This document shows positions 55,710 to 64,000 of a stretch of DNA of 64,000 bases, one piece after another. Source of the stretch: an uncultured virus (IMG/VR IMGVR_UViG_3300034071_001673) (taxonomy: Duplodnaviria; Heunggongvirae; Uroviricota; Caudoviricetes); IMG/VR virus record IMGVR_UViG_3300034071_001673. One strand, 5' to 3'. The position numbers and the translations under genes were made by a program. Each line of letters starts with the position of its first letter. The first letter of the stretch is position 1. The notes beneath the pieces were generated by a model. The model did no database searches. It saw nothing but the letters and a program-made list of their open reading frames with translations, and was not told the origin of the DNA.

Positions 55710-58700
55710 TTATCTAGTTAAATGTGCTGTTGTTGGTAGGGCGAAGTTTTGAGTGTAACGAGCGATGCCTTTGGTGATGCGAAGATCATCAACATAACCA
55801 GTGACATATGAACTATCTCTTGGATTAAATCCAATTCGCAAATCATTTCCTGATGTGCAAGTTCCACTTATTGTTGAGCTGTTTGCAAAAACACCATCAA
55901 CAAATATTCTTACTGAACCAGAAGCCCTTGCAACTGCAACATGATGCCAGCTGCCGTCATTGACGTTTACTGCTGCAGTAAACTCATCAAAACTCGATCC
56001 ATTTCCTCTCGCGAAATAAAGCACATTTGCGCTATTGAAACGATTACCAACTCTCCATGCACCATTATCCGCATTAGAATTTTGTGTTCCAACAACTTGA
56101 TTATATGTTCCAGAAGCTGATGCATTTATCCAAAACTCAACTGTGAAATCTCCTGTTCCAAAATCAAAATTATTATTATTTTTCGCAAGCAAAAGATCGC
56201 CAGTGCCATCGAAATACATCGACGATCCACCAAATTTGCTCTGCGCTGTGCTAATCTTTGCATCACCAACAGTTTCAAAAATAGTTTTGGCTGTCGCGTC
56301 AGTGATGCCTGCGTTGGTGAAGTTTAGTAAGAACGAAGTGTTGCTTATGGCAGTAAGTGGAGCAGTAGGGGGAGTAAAGGTTGTCGTGTAAACAGCCGTG
56401 CCTTTTGCAATACGAACATTGCTGATGTATCCCGTAAAGTAATTCGTTGCGCTATCGTTCCCAGAACCCACATATAGATTTGGAGGAGACCAATACAAAG
56501 TCCCCGCGAAGGTTGCAGTTCCAGCAGAAACACCATTTAGCCAGCATGTGAAGGTGCTGCCACTTCTCGTAACCGCTATGTGTGTCCAAGTATTTGGCAA
56601 GGCAGTTGCGGTAGTTGTAATTGAAATGGCTGGAGAGCCACCCCCAATAGACGGCGAAGCCCCCTCGACTGTTATTGTTGAATTAGTGTTGCGTGAGACA
56701 TAGCAAGTCATCCCAGCATAATTGCTGTTTGTTGCGGTAAACAGCACAAAAAGACCTTGTGTTGCGGCGTTACTTTGAGGATAAATCCATCCCTCTATCG
56801 TAAAATCACCGCTGGAAATGTCGAATGCAGAATTTCCGCTGAGTGAAAGTCTGTCTCCACTTCCATCAAAGTATCCACTACCACCAACATTCGCTGCAGC
56901 ATATGATGCTGTTGGTGCGAATGGAGAGAAGGCTTGGACAGAAACATCACCAGCTCGAGTAATTGTTAGATTATTGGCGCTATTATCTATAAAACGACTT
57001 GATTGGCATGTTAATAAGGAAGTATTTGATATAGCAGTTAAAGGTGACGTTGATGGAGTAAATTCTGATGTATAAATTGCTGTGCCCTTAATGATGCGCA
57101 AATTCGACAAATATCCTGATAGAGGAGCAGCTGCGTGCACGGTATCGCCAATTACAAATCCAGCAGTTCTGTCTAAATTTGTACTATATGAAGCTGAATA
57201 TCCTTGAACACCATTAACGAATATTTTTAAGGTACTTGAAGTTCTTACTGTTGCAACATGATTCCAAAAATTTATTTGTATTGGTAAACTAGAAGTATAT
57301 GTGCTTCCATCATAAAAATAAGGGCAATTATTTGTGTCTATAGCCAATACCCAAGGAGAAGCTGATGCGCTTGATCTGGCGTCAAATACGACTGCATTGA
57401 CTCCAGAATTTGTTTTATATACCCAATATTCTGTAGTAAAATCGCCTGTTCCAAACGAAAGCCCTGGTATTGGCGATGCTCCAGTTAAGCGATCTCCGCT
57501 TCCATCAAAGTAATTACTCCATCCAGTTTGACTGAACGGACTAAATGTTCCTTGAGTTGCATTGCCATTTCTTGTGATAGTAAAATTATTATTCGAAGAA
57601 TCTAAGAATGTATGGTTGTTTTGATTGTTCGTTCCGTTTCCTGGCAATAACAGTGTTGTATAGTCAAAATACTCATCAGCAGTAGCTGCTGGTGCTGTTC
57701 CACCCTTTGTTGGAAATGCACGTGTTGGTGGAGTGAATGGGTATCGATAACGAGCAAGACCTTTGGAGATACGAAGATCATCGATGTAACCATTAAAGTA
57801 ATAAGATGGTGCAGCTCTTCTATCGATTCCAATTCTCGGTGCACCAGAAGTGGTAAGATATGTTGTAGAATCAGAATATGTTGACCCGCTTTGAGTTCCA
57901 TTAATAAACAGTTTAGTTTGTCCACCAGCACGACAAACCGCAACATGATACCATGTATTTGCTGATATTGGAGAGCTGGTAATTCTAGTGTTGTTAGAAT
58001 GAGACCAAAGTATGGTTGCATCTGAGTTCAACACTAATAGAGGATATGCAGCAACTGTAGATGCATCACGCCAATCAACAAATGTTTGAACTGAAGATAC
58101 ACCATTAAAGTAAACCCACAATTCTACAGTAAAGTCACCAGATCCAAGATTGGTTGTTTCTGTAGAAGGCGCATTCGTTATCAAATAATCTCCATTTCCA
58201 TCAAACGTAATTGATCCTGCGCCATACTTCTTGATCGCTGTGTTGACTTTCGCATCGCCAATACATTCAAGAACAGCTCCTGCTGCTGCATCATAAATTT
58301 GTGCGTTGGTGAAATTGGCAAGAAAAACTGTATTTGCATCTGCCGCCAACAACGATGACGGGACTGCGCTAATTGTTCTTGCGGTGTTAGAAATACGGAT
58401 ATTGGATAAAAATCCAGTCGTAATGTAACCGCCCCAGTTAGTTCCAATCTTTAGCGTCGTATTTGATGCGTTTGTTGTTGAAGAGGCTGAGGCTATTTCT
58501 GTACCGTTTAGGTACATCTTTATGGTTGATCCGCTGTAAACCATAGCAAGGTAATGCCATGCGTTTAAAACTGGCGTAACGCTGCTGATAGCCTGTGTCC
58601 CACCTACTTGAACAGCCCACTTTGCACCGCTGCTGTTTTCAATTCCCATCCATGTTCGTGCGCCATCGCCTACGCCAGTCCCTTGTGCAACGATGGTTTG

Positions 58701-60278
58701 CGTGGAACTACTGTTTGTTATGTAAGCCCACGCCTCAATCGTAAAGTTTCCGCTAGGAATGATTTGAGAACTAGTGGTTTCAAGATAATCCCCACTCCCA
58801 TCAAAGAATGCTGACCCGCCATGTGTTGCTGGTGAATATGCAGTAGTTGTTGCGAATGGAGAGAAGGTTTGAACAGAAACATCGCCATTGCGTGTGATTG
58901 CAAAATTATTGGTGCTTGCGTCGCGAAAACGATTGCTCTGGCATGTTAACAATGCGGTGTTAGAAACAGCAGTCAATGGTGATGTTGGTGGTGTGAATGT
59001 AGTTCCACTTGGATATAAACAAGTTCCAGCAACAATACGGGCGTTAGAAATGTATCCATTCATTTCATATCCGCCTTCATAATATCGACCAATCACACCT
59101 AATGCAAATGAGGTTGAACTTGATCCAGTTCCCTGTTGAATTCCGTCTACATAAACGCGACAAGTAGATCCTTCTCTAACCCATGCCAAATGATGCCACA
59201 TATTAGGAGTAACAGCAACACCGCTTCCAGCAATTATTGTAGATGCTCCGATTACGAGCCCTATTGATCCCGCTGTTGTAGCGTCTATGAATAACTGATG
59301 ATTGCCATTAGAACCTGAAAACACATTTGTGTATCCACTCGCATCTACAGCAGTTTTGAAAACCCAACATTCAACTGTAAAATCTCCAGAAAGTGTGGAT
59401 CCACTCCATGTCAAATAATCTCCCGTTCCATCAAAATAATTACTCCACCCAGTCGGACTGAATGGCGTGAACGAACCTTGAGTTGCGTTTCCATTTCGAG
59501 TAATCGTGAAATTATTATTGCTAGAATCTAAAAACGCATGATTGTTGCCGTTGTTTGTTCCGTCAGCTTGTAATAACAAAGTCGTGTATTGAAACTGCGG
59601 ATCAACAACAACAGTTACAGAAACACTAAATGCTTTAGGTGTGTCTTGGGATTGTGGGTCGGTTGCAAGTACTGTAAAATTATATGTTGTGTCGCTTTCT
59701 GGCGGAGAGGTCATTGTACCGCTGATTAATCCATTTGCAGCCAATGTAATTCCAGCAGGTAACGAGCTTCCTGCTTGTAGTGCATAAGTAATTGGTGAAT
59801 CACCTGTTGCTGAGAGTGAAATGCTCCAAGCAACAGCTGCTTCTTGACCAGTAAGTGGTGATGTTGTAACCCATGTTGGCATTCCAGAATACTGAATACC
59901 AGGAACAAGAATAGCAGTACCGCCGTCATCGGTGTTGATCAAATAGACTAGATAAGTTCCAGCAGATTGAGCAGCAGTTGTAATTGTGACTGCATTCGCA
60001 TTGTTGCGAGTTACTGACGGAGCAGCAGTTCCGTTGATATAGACCTGAACGTTAGTTCCGAATCCAGAACCATTGATGACAATCGAATCACCGCCGCCTG
60101 TGTTTGCAGCAGTATCATTCCCAGGATAAGTGATCGAAGAAATTTTAGGATGTAATGGTACGGTAACAGCAGCAGCAATTGCAGGATCTAACTGCGTCGT
60201 TGTGATTGTGCCAGATTGGATTTTTGTGCCAGGAATTGTATTGGCTACAATTGCACCGCCGTCTAATTTGTCTGCCAT
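55710..60278 (-). CDS. Large tail-fibre/receptor-binding protein: IPT/Ig-like plus tandem LamG (ConA-like) domains
   Basis: Six FDGxGD...DFTVExW...WHHxA...GYIxxxRI units arranged as two duplicated halves. Confidence 0.85.
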   Translation of the reverse strand: MADKLDGGAIVANTIPGTKIQSGTITTTQLDPAIAAAVTVPLHPKISSITYPGNDTAANTGGGDSIVINGSGFGTNVQVYINGTAAPSVTRNNANAVTITTAAQSAGTYLVYLINTDDGGTAILVPGIQYSGMPTWVTTSPLTGQEAAVAWSISLSATGDSPITYALQAGSSLPAGITLAANGLISGTMTSPPESDTTYNFTVLATDPQSQDTPKAFSVSVTVVVDPQFQYTTLLLQADGTNNGNNHAFLDSSNNNFTITRNGNATQGSFTPFSPTGWSNYFDGTGDYLTWSGSTLSGDFTVECWVFKTAVDASGYTNVFSGSNGNHQLFIDATTAGSIGLVIGASTIIAGSGVAVTPNMWHHLAWVREGSTCRVYVDGIQQGTGSSSTSFALGVIGRYYEGGYEMNGYISNARIVAGTCLYPSGTTFTPPTSPLTAVSNTALLTCQSNRFRDASTNNFAITRNGDVSVQTFSPFATTTAYSPATHGGSAFFDGSGDYLETTSSQIIPSGNFTIEAWAYITNSSSTQTIVAQGTGVGDGARTWMGIENSSGAKWAVQVGGTQAISSVTPVLNAWHYLAMVYSGSTIKMYLNGTEIASASSTTNASNTTLKIGTNWGGYITTGFLSNIRISNTARTISAVPSSLLAADANTVFLANFTNAQIYDAAAGAVLECIGDAKVNTAIKKYGAGSITFDGNGDYLITNAPSTETTNLGSGDFTVELWVYFNGVSSVQTFVDWRDASTVAAYPLLVLNSDATILWSHSNNTRITSSPISANTWYHVAVCRAGGQTKLFINGTQSGSTYSDSTTYLTTSGAPRIGIDRRAAPSYYFNGYIDDLRISKGLARYRYPFTPPTRAFPTKGGTAPAATADEYFDYTTLLLPGNGTNNQNNHTFLDSSNNNFTITRNGNATQGTFSPFSQTGWSNYFDGSGDRLTGASPIPGLSFGTGDFTTEYWVYKTNSGVNAVVFDARSSASASPWVLAIDTNNCPYFYDGSTYTSSLPIQINFWNHVATVRTSSTLKIFVNGVQGYSASYSTNLDRTAGFVIGDTVHAAAPLSGYLSNLRIIKGTAIYTSEFTPSTSPLTAISNTSLLTCQSSRFIDNSANNLTITRAGDVSVQAFSPFAPTASYAAANVGGSGYFDGSGDRLSLSGNSAFDISSGDFTIEGWIYPQSNAATQGLFVLFTATNSNYAGMTCYVSRNTNSTITVEGASPSIGGGSPAISITTTATALPNTWTHIAVTRSGSTFTCWLNGVSAGTATFAGTLYWSPPNLYVGSGNDSATNYFTGYISNVRIAKGTAVYTTTFTPPTAPLTAISNTSFLLNFTNAGITDATAKTIFETVGDAKISTAQSKFGGSSMYFDGTGDLLLAKNNNNFDFGTGDFTVEFWINASASGTYNQVVGTQNSNADNGAWRVGNRFNSANVLYFARGNGSSFDEFTAAVNVNDGSWHHVAVARASGSVRIFVDGVFANSSTISGTCTSGNDLRIGFNPRDSSYVTGYVDDLRITKGIARYTQNFALPTTAHLTR

Positions 60279-60304
60279 TCGAAAATCCTATGATTTTTCT
60301 TTAT

Positions 60305-60697
60305 TTATGCATAAACAATTCCAGGCACTAGAATCGCAAATCCTCCATCAGGATTAATAGCATAAACCAAATAAGTTCCTGCTTCGTTTCCTGGAGTTGT
60401 AAAGGAAACGGAATTGGCATTAGTTCTGGAGACTGCAGGGGCAGCAGAAGTGTTTACATAAATCTGGATGTTCGCTGCGAAATTGCTGCCTGTCAATCGA
60501 ACAGTTTGACCACCGCTAGTTGCAGCTGTTGTATTTGAACCGAAGTAACTAATAGATCTTATAAAAGGTCGACCACCATCGTTGACATAGTTATCAATCG
60601 TGGCGTCGCATTGATCAAGAGTAATTGTCCCTGGCACTATTCTATCGACAGGAATCGAATTAGTTTGAATTGCTCGACCGTGAAGTTTGTCTGCCAT
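60305..60697 (-). CDS. Stand-alone paralogue of the N-terminal anchor/IPT domain of the 55710-60278 protein
   Basis: MADKL...GTIT...GTYLVY.IN.DGG.AILVPGI.Y is shared end to end. Confidence 0.75.
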   Translation of the reverse strand: MADKLHGRAIQTNSIPVDRIVPGTITLDQCDATIDNYVNDGGRPFIRSISYFGSNTTAATSGGQTVRLTGSNFAANIQIYVNTSAAPAVSRTNANSVSFTTPGNEAGTYLVYAINPDGGFAILVPGIVYA

Positions 60698-60708
60698 CTA
60701 CTTGTATT

Positions 60709-61284
60709 TTACCATGCCCATGAGACATATGAATATCTTGTTCCCTTTGTCACAGGCATAACCTTATGCGGATACATAAAGTTACTTGGGAAAATCATAA
60801 TCGATCCTGCTTTGAGATGAATCGCTTCGCTTTCCCAAAATACTAACTCACCGCCTTCATAATCATCGTTTAACGATCCTAGAATAGAAAGAGTCGGAAT
60901 ACCTTTTCGTGTTCCGTCAAACATACTATGAATATGATCACAGTGCAATTTCATTTGCGTGTCAGTGTTATAACGATTATATCGAACCTGAGTATAACCA
61001 TTCCAACCACTAAACCAATCAGCCATATGCGCATGATCTTTCATCACATATTGCTCAATCGCAAACCAAATTTTCTTCTGAATCTCTTGAGTTTCTTCTA
61101 GATCTTTACCATAAGAAATCGAGAGTTCTTTATCGTAACTAATAAATTCGCCAGTGGTTGCTTGATAAAATGTATGCAGTTGCCAATCAGCTTTCTTTAA
61201 CTTCTTGGCAACTGCTTTACATAGTTTCTTATCAAGAAAATCATCATAGATTTTCACATAATCTTTCACGTTCATTGACATCAT
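60709..61284 (-). CDS. Prolyl-4-hydroxylase-like 2OG-Fe(II) oxygenase
   Basis: HCD, LNDDYEGGEL, FPSNFMYPHKVMPVTKGTRYSYVSW. Confidence 0.88.
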   Translation of the reverse strand: MMSMNVKDYVKIYDDFLDKKLCKAVAKKLKKADWQLHTFYQATTGEFISYDKELSISYGKDLEETQEIQKKIWFAIEQYVMKDHAHMADWFSGWNGYTQVRYNRYNTDTQMKLHCDHIHSMFDGTRKGIPTLSILGSLNDDYEGGELVFWESEAIHLKAGSIMIFPSNFMYPHKVMPVTKGTRYSYVSWAW

Positions 61285-61301
61285 AACGAATACTTCCTAT
61301 T

Positions 61302-61673
61302 TTAGACCATGCCTGGAGTTTCAACCCATGCGCCTGTTTCTTCGTTCCATGAGAACATTTTGCCTTCTTCAACAGGCATTGCGACTGGTGCTTCCCAATC
61401 AGCAGTGGTGTTGTTCAAAGTCCATGAAGCATATGGCTTTGGTGGGACGAAAGCGTCTAGATCAGCATTGTATGTGTAGCCAACGCCAGCATAACGCTTG
61501 CGAATGTTACCGTTGTAAGATGTTTTCTTCCAAGTGCCACCAAATAGTTTTTCGCAGAAAGCAGCGCCAATGTGTTCCTTTTCAACACCGCTGGCATCTG
61601 ATGTGTCTGCATTTCCTACAACGATGACTCGTAAAACAACATTATTTGCGTCTAATTCTGCAAAGTGTGCCAT
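61302..61673 (-). CDS. Conserved tail-fibre-associated protein
   Basis: MAHFAELD.NNVVLRVIVV, WKKTSYN, RKRYAGVGYTY, PPKPYASW. Confidence 0.75.
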   Translation of the reverse strand: MAHFAELDANNVVLRVIVVGNADTSDASGVEKEHIGAAFCEKLFGGTWKKTSYNGNIRKRYAGVGYTYNADLDAFVPPKPYASWTLNNTTADWEAPVAMPVEEGKMFSWNEETGAWVETPGMV

Positions 61674-61675
61674 TT

Positions 61676-62284
61676 TTATTCCTCTATCAATAACTCTGTT
61701 AAATTGTGATTACTACCAATAGTTCCCTTCAAAAAAGTATTGAAGGATAAACTAATCCTCGTTTCCTCATGCTGAACAGTCTCAACCATGTGAGTCAAAG
61801 AAGATGGGAAAAGATATAATACTCCCACACCTACCTCTAACCACCATGATTCAGAATTATACAAATTAAATTCGATTGGATCTAACTTAATTTGTTTGTA
61901 CTGCTCATTACCATAAAAAAAGATCTTATCTTTGGTGACATCAGCATTTACATAAAACACACCAGAAACAAAACTATTCGGATGTGCATGCTTGTGATGA
62001 TAGCCGCCTTTCTCAGTATAATTCAACCAAGATTGAGTGATATATAGTTTCACATCATCTCTTGGTTTGTATATCTCAGTCAAGTATTTATTTGCTGACT
62101 CAAGTAGAAAATCGCCAAGTTTCTTTAAAGGCTTTTCTTTCAAGACGTAATTGTTTACGCTTGTTTGATTGCCCATATTTGGACGACGTTCTGCATCAGC
62201 AATAAACTTTAATTCTTGCTTTGTTAATTCTCTATCTAATTGAAACTTACCGACTGCTGTTGGAAATAATGTAAAAATATTCAA
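61676..62284 (-). CDS. 2OG-Fe(II) oxygenase (TIGR02466-like)
   Basis: ITQSWLN, HKHAHPNSFVSGVFY, FPSSLTHMV, RISLSFN. Confidence 0.85.
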   Translation of the reverse strand: MNIFTLFPTAVGKFQLDRELTKQELKFIADAERRPNMGNQTSVNNYVLKEKPLKKLGDFLLESANKYLTEIYKPRDDVKLYITQSWLNYTEKGGYHHKHAHPNSFVSGVFYVNADVTKDKIFFYGNEQYKQIKLDPIEFNLYNSESWWLEVGVGVLYLFPSSLTHMVETVQHEETRISLSFNTFLKGTIGSNHNLTELLIEE

Positions 62285-62538
62285 GTTGTAGCATCCTGTA
62301 TTTGTTGTTCATATCCGCGGATCTCTTTGATTTGTTCCTCGGTCCATACTGTATTAATGGAATCTTCAAATGCTTTGATCTTTTCCATTGTCTCTTCGAC
62401 TTCTTCTTTTGTAGGAACTGGTCTTGGATCTTCCCAACGAGAGAAACCTACGCCACCAGTCCATTCCCACTTTGCGCCTGGACGCAAGAGTTCAACTGCA
62501 GTATTAATTCCATACATACGATAAATTTTGTCAGTCAT
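62281..62538 (-). CDS. Small tail-associated protein (XkdW-like)
   Basis: AVELLRPGAKW...WEDPRPVPTKEEV. Confidence 0.6.
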   Translation of the reverse strand: MTDKIYRMYGINTAVELLRPGAKWEWTGGVGFSRWEDPRPVPTKEEVEETMEKIKAFEDSINTVWTEEQIKEIRGYEQQIQDATT

Positions 62539-62574
62539 ACAATTATACTCCCAATTACATATTAAAGAAACTAT

Positions 62575-64000
62575 TTATGACCAGCGGAGAATGACAATAC
62601 CTGAGCCACCAGTTCCACCTTGAGCGCCATTGGAATTAGGTCCACCTGGATTCCAGCCACCACCTCCACCACCGCCACCTGTATTGGTTGTGGCTGAAGT
62701 GCTTACAAATCCTGGACCAACTGCGCCATTACCACCGCCTCCAGTGCCACCAACGCCACCTAGTGTGTTATTGGTGCTACTATTATGACAGCCACCACCA
62801 CCGCCACCAGCATAATTTACTGCAATACCTGTGATTGTAGAGGATACTCCTGAACCACCAGAACCAGCGCCAGTTGCAGCTGCTGCAGATGTTCCATTTG
62901 CACCTGCACCTCCTCCACCACCACCAGAATAAGTTCCACCTGGTGAATTATAATTTGCAGTTCCGCCACCATTTCCTTGCGACGGAGAAGTTGCTGGCGT
63001 ATTTCCTGCGCCTCCAACCCCACCGAGAGATGGTTCACCTATGGCGCCACCGCCACCAGAACCACCAGCAACTCCATTTTGATAAGCAGGACCAGCAGAA
63101 TTATATGCTCCACCACCACCACCACCATTAGATGTAATTGTGCTAAATGTTGAGTTGCCTCCAGAACCGCCGCTTGATGTTGCATAAGGACTACCAGTTG
63201 AACCAGTTGCTGCAGTACCGCCAGCACCCACAGTAACAGTATAAGTTTGACCTGCAGTTACAGATAACCCACTTCCAACGCGAAGACCTCCTGCACCACC
63301 ACCACCTGCACTTAACCAACCACCACCGCCTCCGCCAGCAACAACGAGATATTCAACCTGTGTCGCGCCTGTTGGTGCAGTCCATGAACCTGAAGAAGTA
63401 AACGTGGCTAGATTTGCATTCGCACCAGAGATTGCTTTGATGATAACTATTCCAGATCCGCCAGCACCACCCGCGCCATAGGTGTTAGGATTCCATCCAC
63501 CGCCACCGCCACCACCGCCAGTGTTTGTTATTGCATTATTTCCTGCATATGGAACTGTTGCTGGGTTTCCAGAATTCCCATCGCCGCCACCGCCAGCACC
63601 ACCAACCCCACGTGTTGTATTTTGCTGTGAACCACCACCACCGCCACCAGAATAAAAAGTAGAAACACCAGACATCGTAGATGCTATGCCAATTCCACCA
63701 TTTCCACCTGCAGAACTAGTTCCAGTATTACCTGATGCTCCTCCGCCACCTCCTCCGCCTCCACCATATCCAGGTGGTGCATTTCCAGCTGCATTGCCGC
63801 CATTATTTCCTTGTGATGGACTTACAGCAGGTATATTTCCTGTTCCGCCTGGACCAGAACCACCAGATGATCCACCACCACCACCCGATGCACCATTAAA
63901 TCCTAGATTCGGCGAACCTGCAGCTGGAGAATTGTGACTGCCTCCACCGCCGCCACCAGAAGAAAACACGTTTGATGATGCATTGCTTGTAAGAGCAATA
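62575..64000 (-). CDS. Glycine-rich tail fibre protein, 5' end outside window
   Basis: Repeated FTSSGSWT...YLVVAGGGGGG...GGSGIVI units; frame stays open to the window edge. Confidence 0.85.
   Translation of the reverse strand, partial: IALTSNASSNVFSSGGGGGGSHNSPAAGSPNLGFNGASGGGGGSSGGSGPGGTGNIPAVSPSQGNNGGNAAGNAPPGYGGGGGGGGGASGNTGTSSAGGNGGIGIASTMSGVSTFYSGGGGGGSQQNTTRGVGGAGGGGDGNSGNPATVPYAGNNAITNTGGGGGGGGWNPNTYGAGGAGGSGIVIIKAISGANANLATFTSSGSWTAPTGATQVEYLVVAGGGGGGWLSAGGGGAGGLRVGSGLSVTAGQTYTVTVGAGGTAATGSTGSPYATSSGGSGGNSTFSTITSNGGGGGGAYNSAGPAYQNGVAGGSGGGGAIGEPSLGGVGGAGNTPATSPSQGNGGGTANYNSPGGTYSGGGGGGAGANGTSAAAATGAGSGGSGVSSTITGIAVNYAGGGGGGCHNSSTNNTLGGVGGTGGGGNGAVGPGFVSTSATTNTGGGGGGGGWNPGGPNSNGAQGGTGGSGIVILRWS

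Noticed and set aside
13..63937. Numerous plus-strand ORFs in the six-frame track (e.g. 17108-17665, 17188-17775, 30913-31494)
   Set aside because: They are antisense shadows of well-supported minus-strand genes and have no recognisable motifs or SDs.
62575..64000. CCA/CCG-rich tandem-like DNA as a non-coding repeat
   Set aside because: Explained by poly-glycine codons of the tail fibre.

Overview
This 64 kb window is a segment of a large T4-like (myovirus) phage genome, with essentially all genes on the minus strand. In transcription order (right to left) it carries tail-fibre/receptor-binding and propeller-repeat genes interleaved with 2OG-Fe(II) oxygenases and a sulfotransferase. These are followed by the neck/terminase/tail/head block gp13-gp23, gp3, uvsY-uvsW, gp55-gp47-gp46, peptide deformylase and a CobT/CobS-like pair. 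A DNA base-hypermodification operon comes next, then dNMP kinase, gp45-gp44-gp62-regA, dUTPase, hsp20, dCMP deaminase and small early ORFs. Four things stand out. (1) An operon behind a perfect sigma70 promoter joins a TET/JBP-like dioxygenase, class II glutamine amidotransferase, amidoligase, GNAT, aGPT-PPlase2-like amino acid:DNA transferase, P-loop kinase and GT-A glycosyltransferase, which predicts an uncharacterised hypermodified pyrimidine. (2) The gp22 scaffold is 1200 aa and built like a protease-cleaved polyprotein carrying two cationic cargo segments. (3) Five early promoters have an IHF consensus site at an invariant distance, and three of them appear leaderless. (4) There are several candidate structured RNAs. 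All calls come from reading motifs and synteny by eye; no database search or folding program was run.
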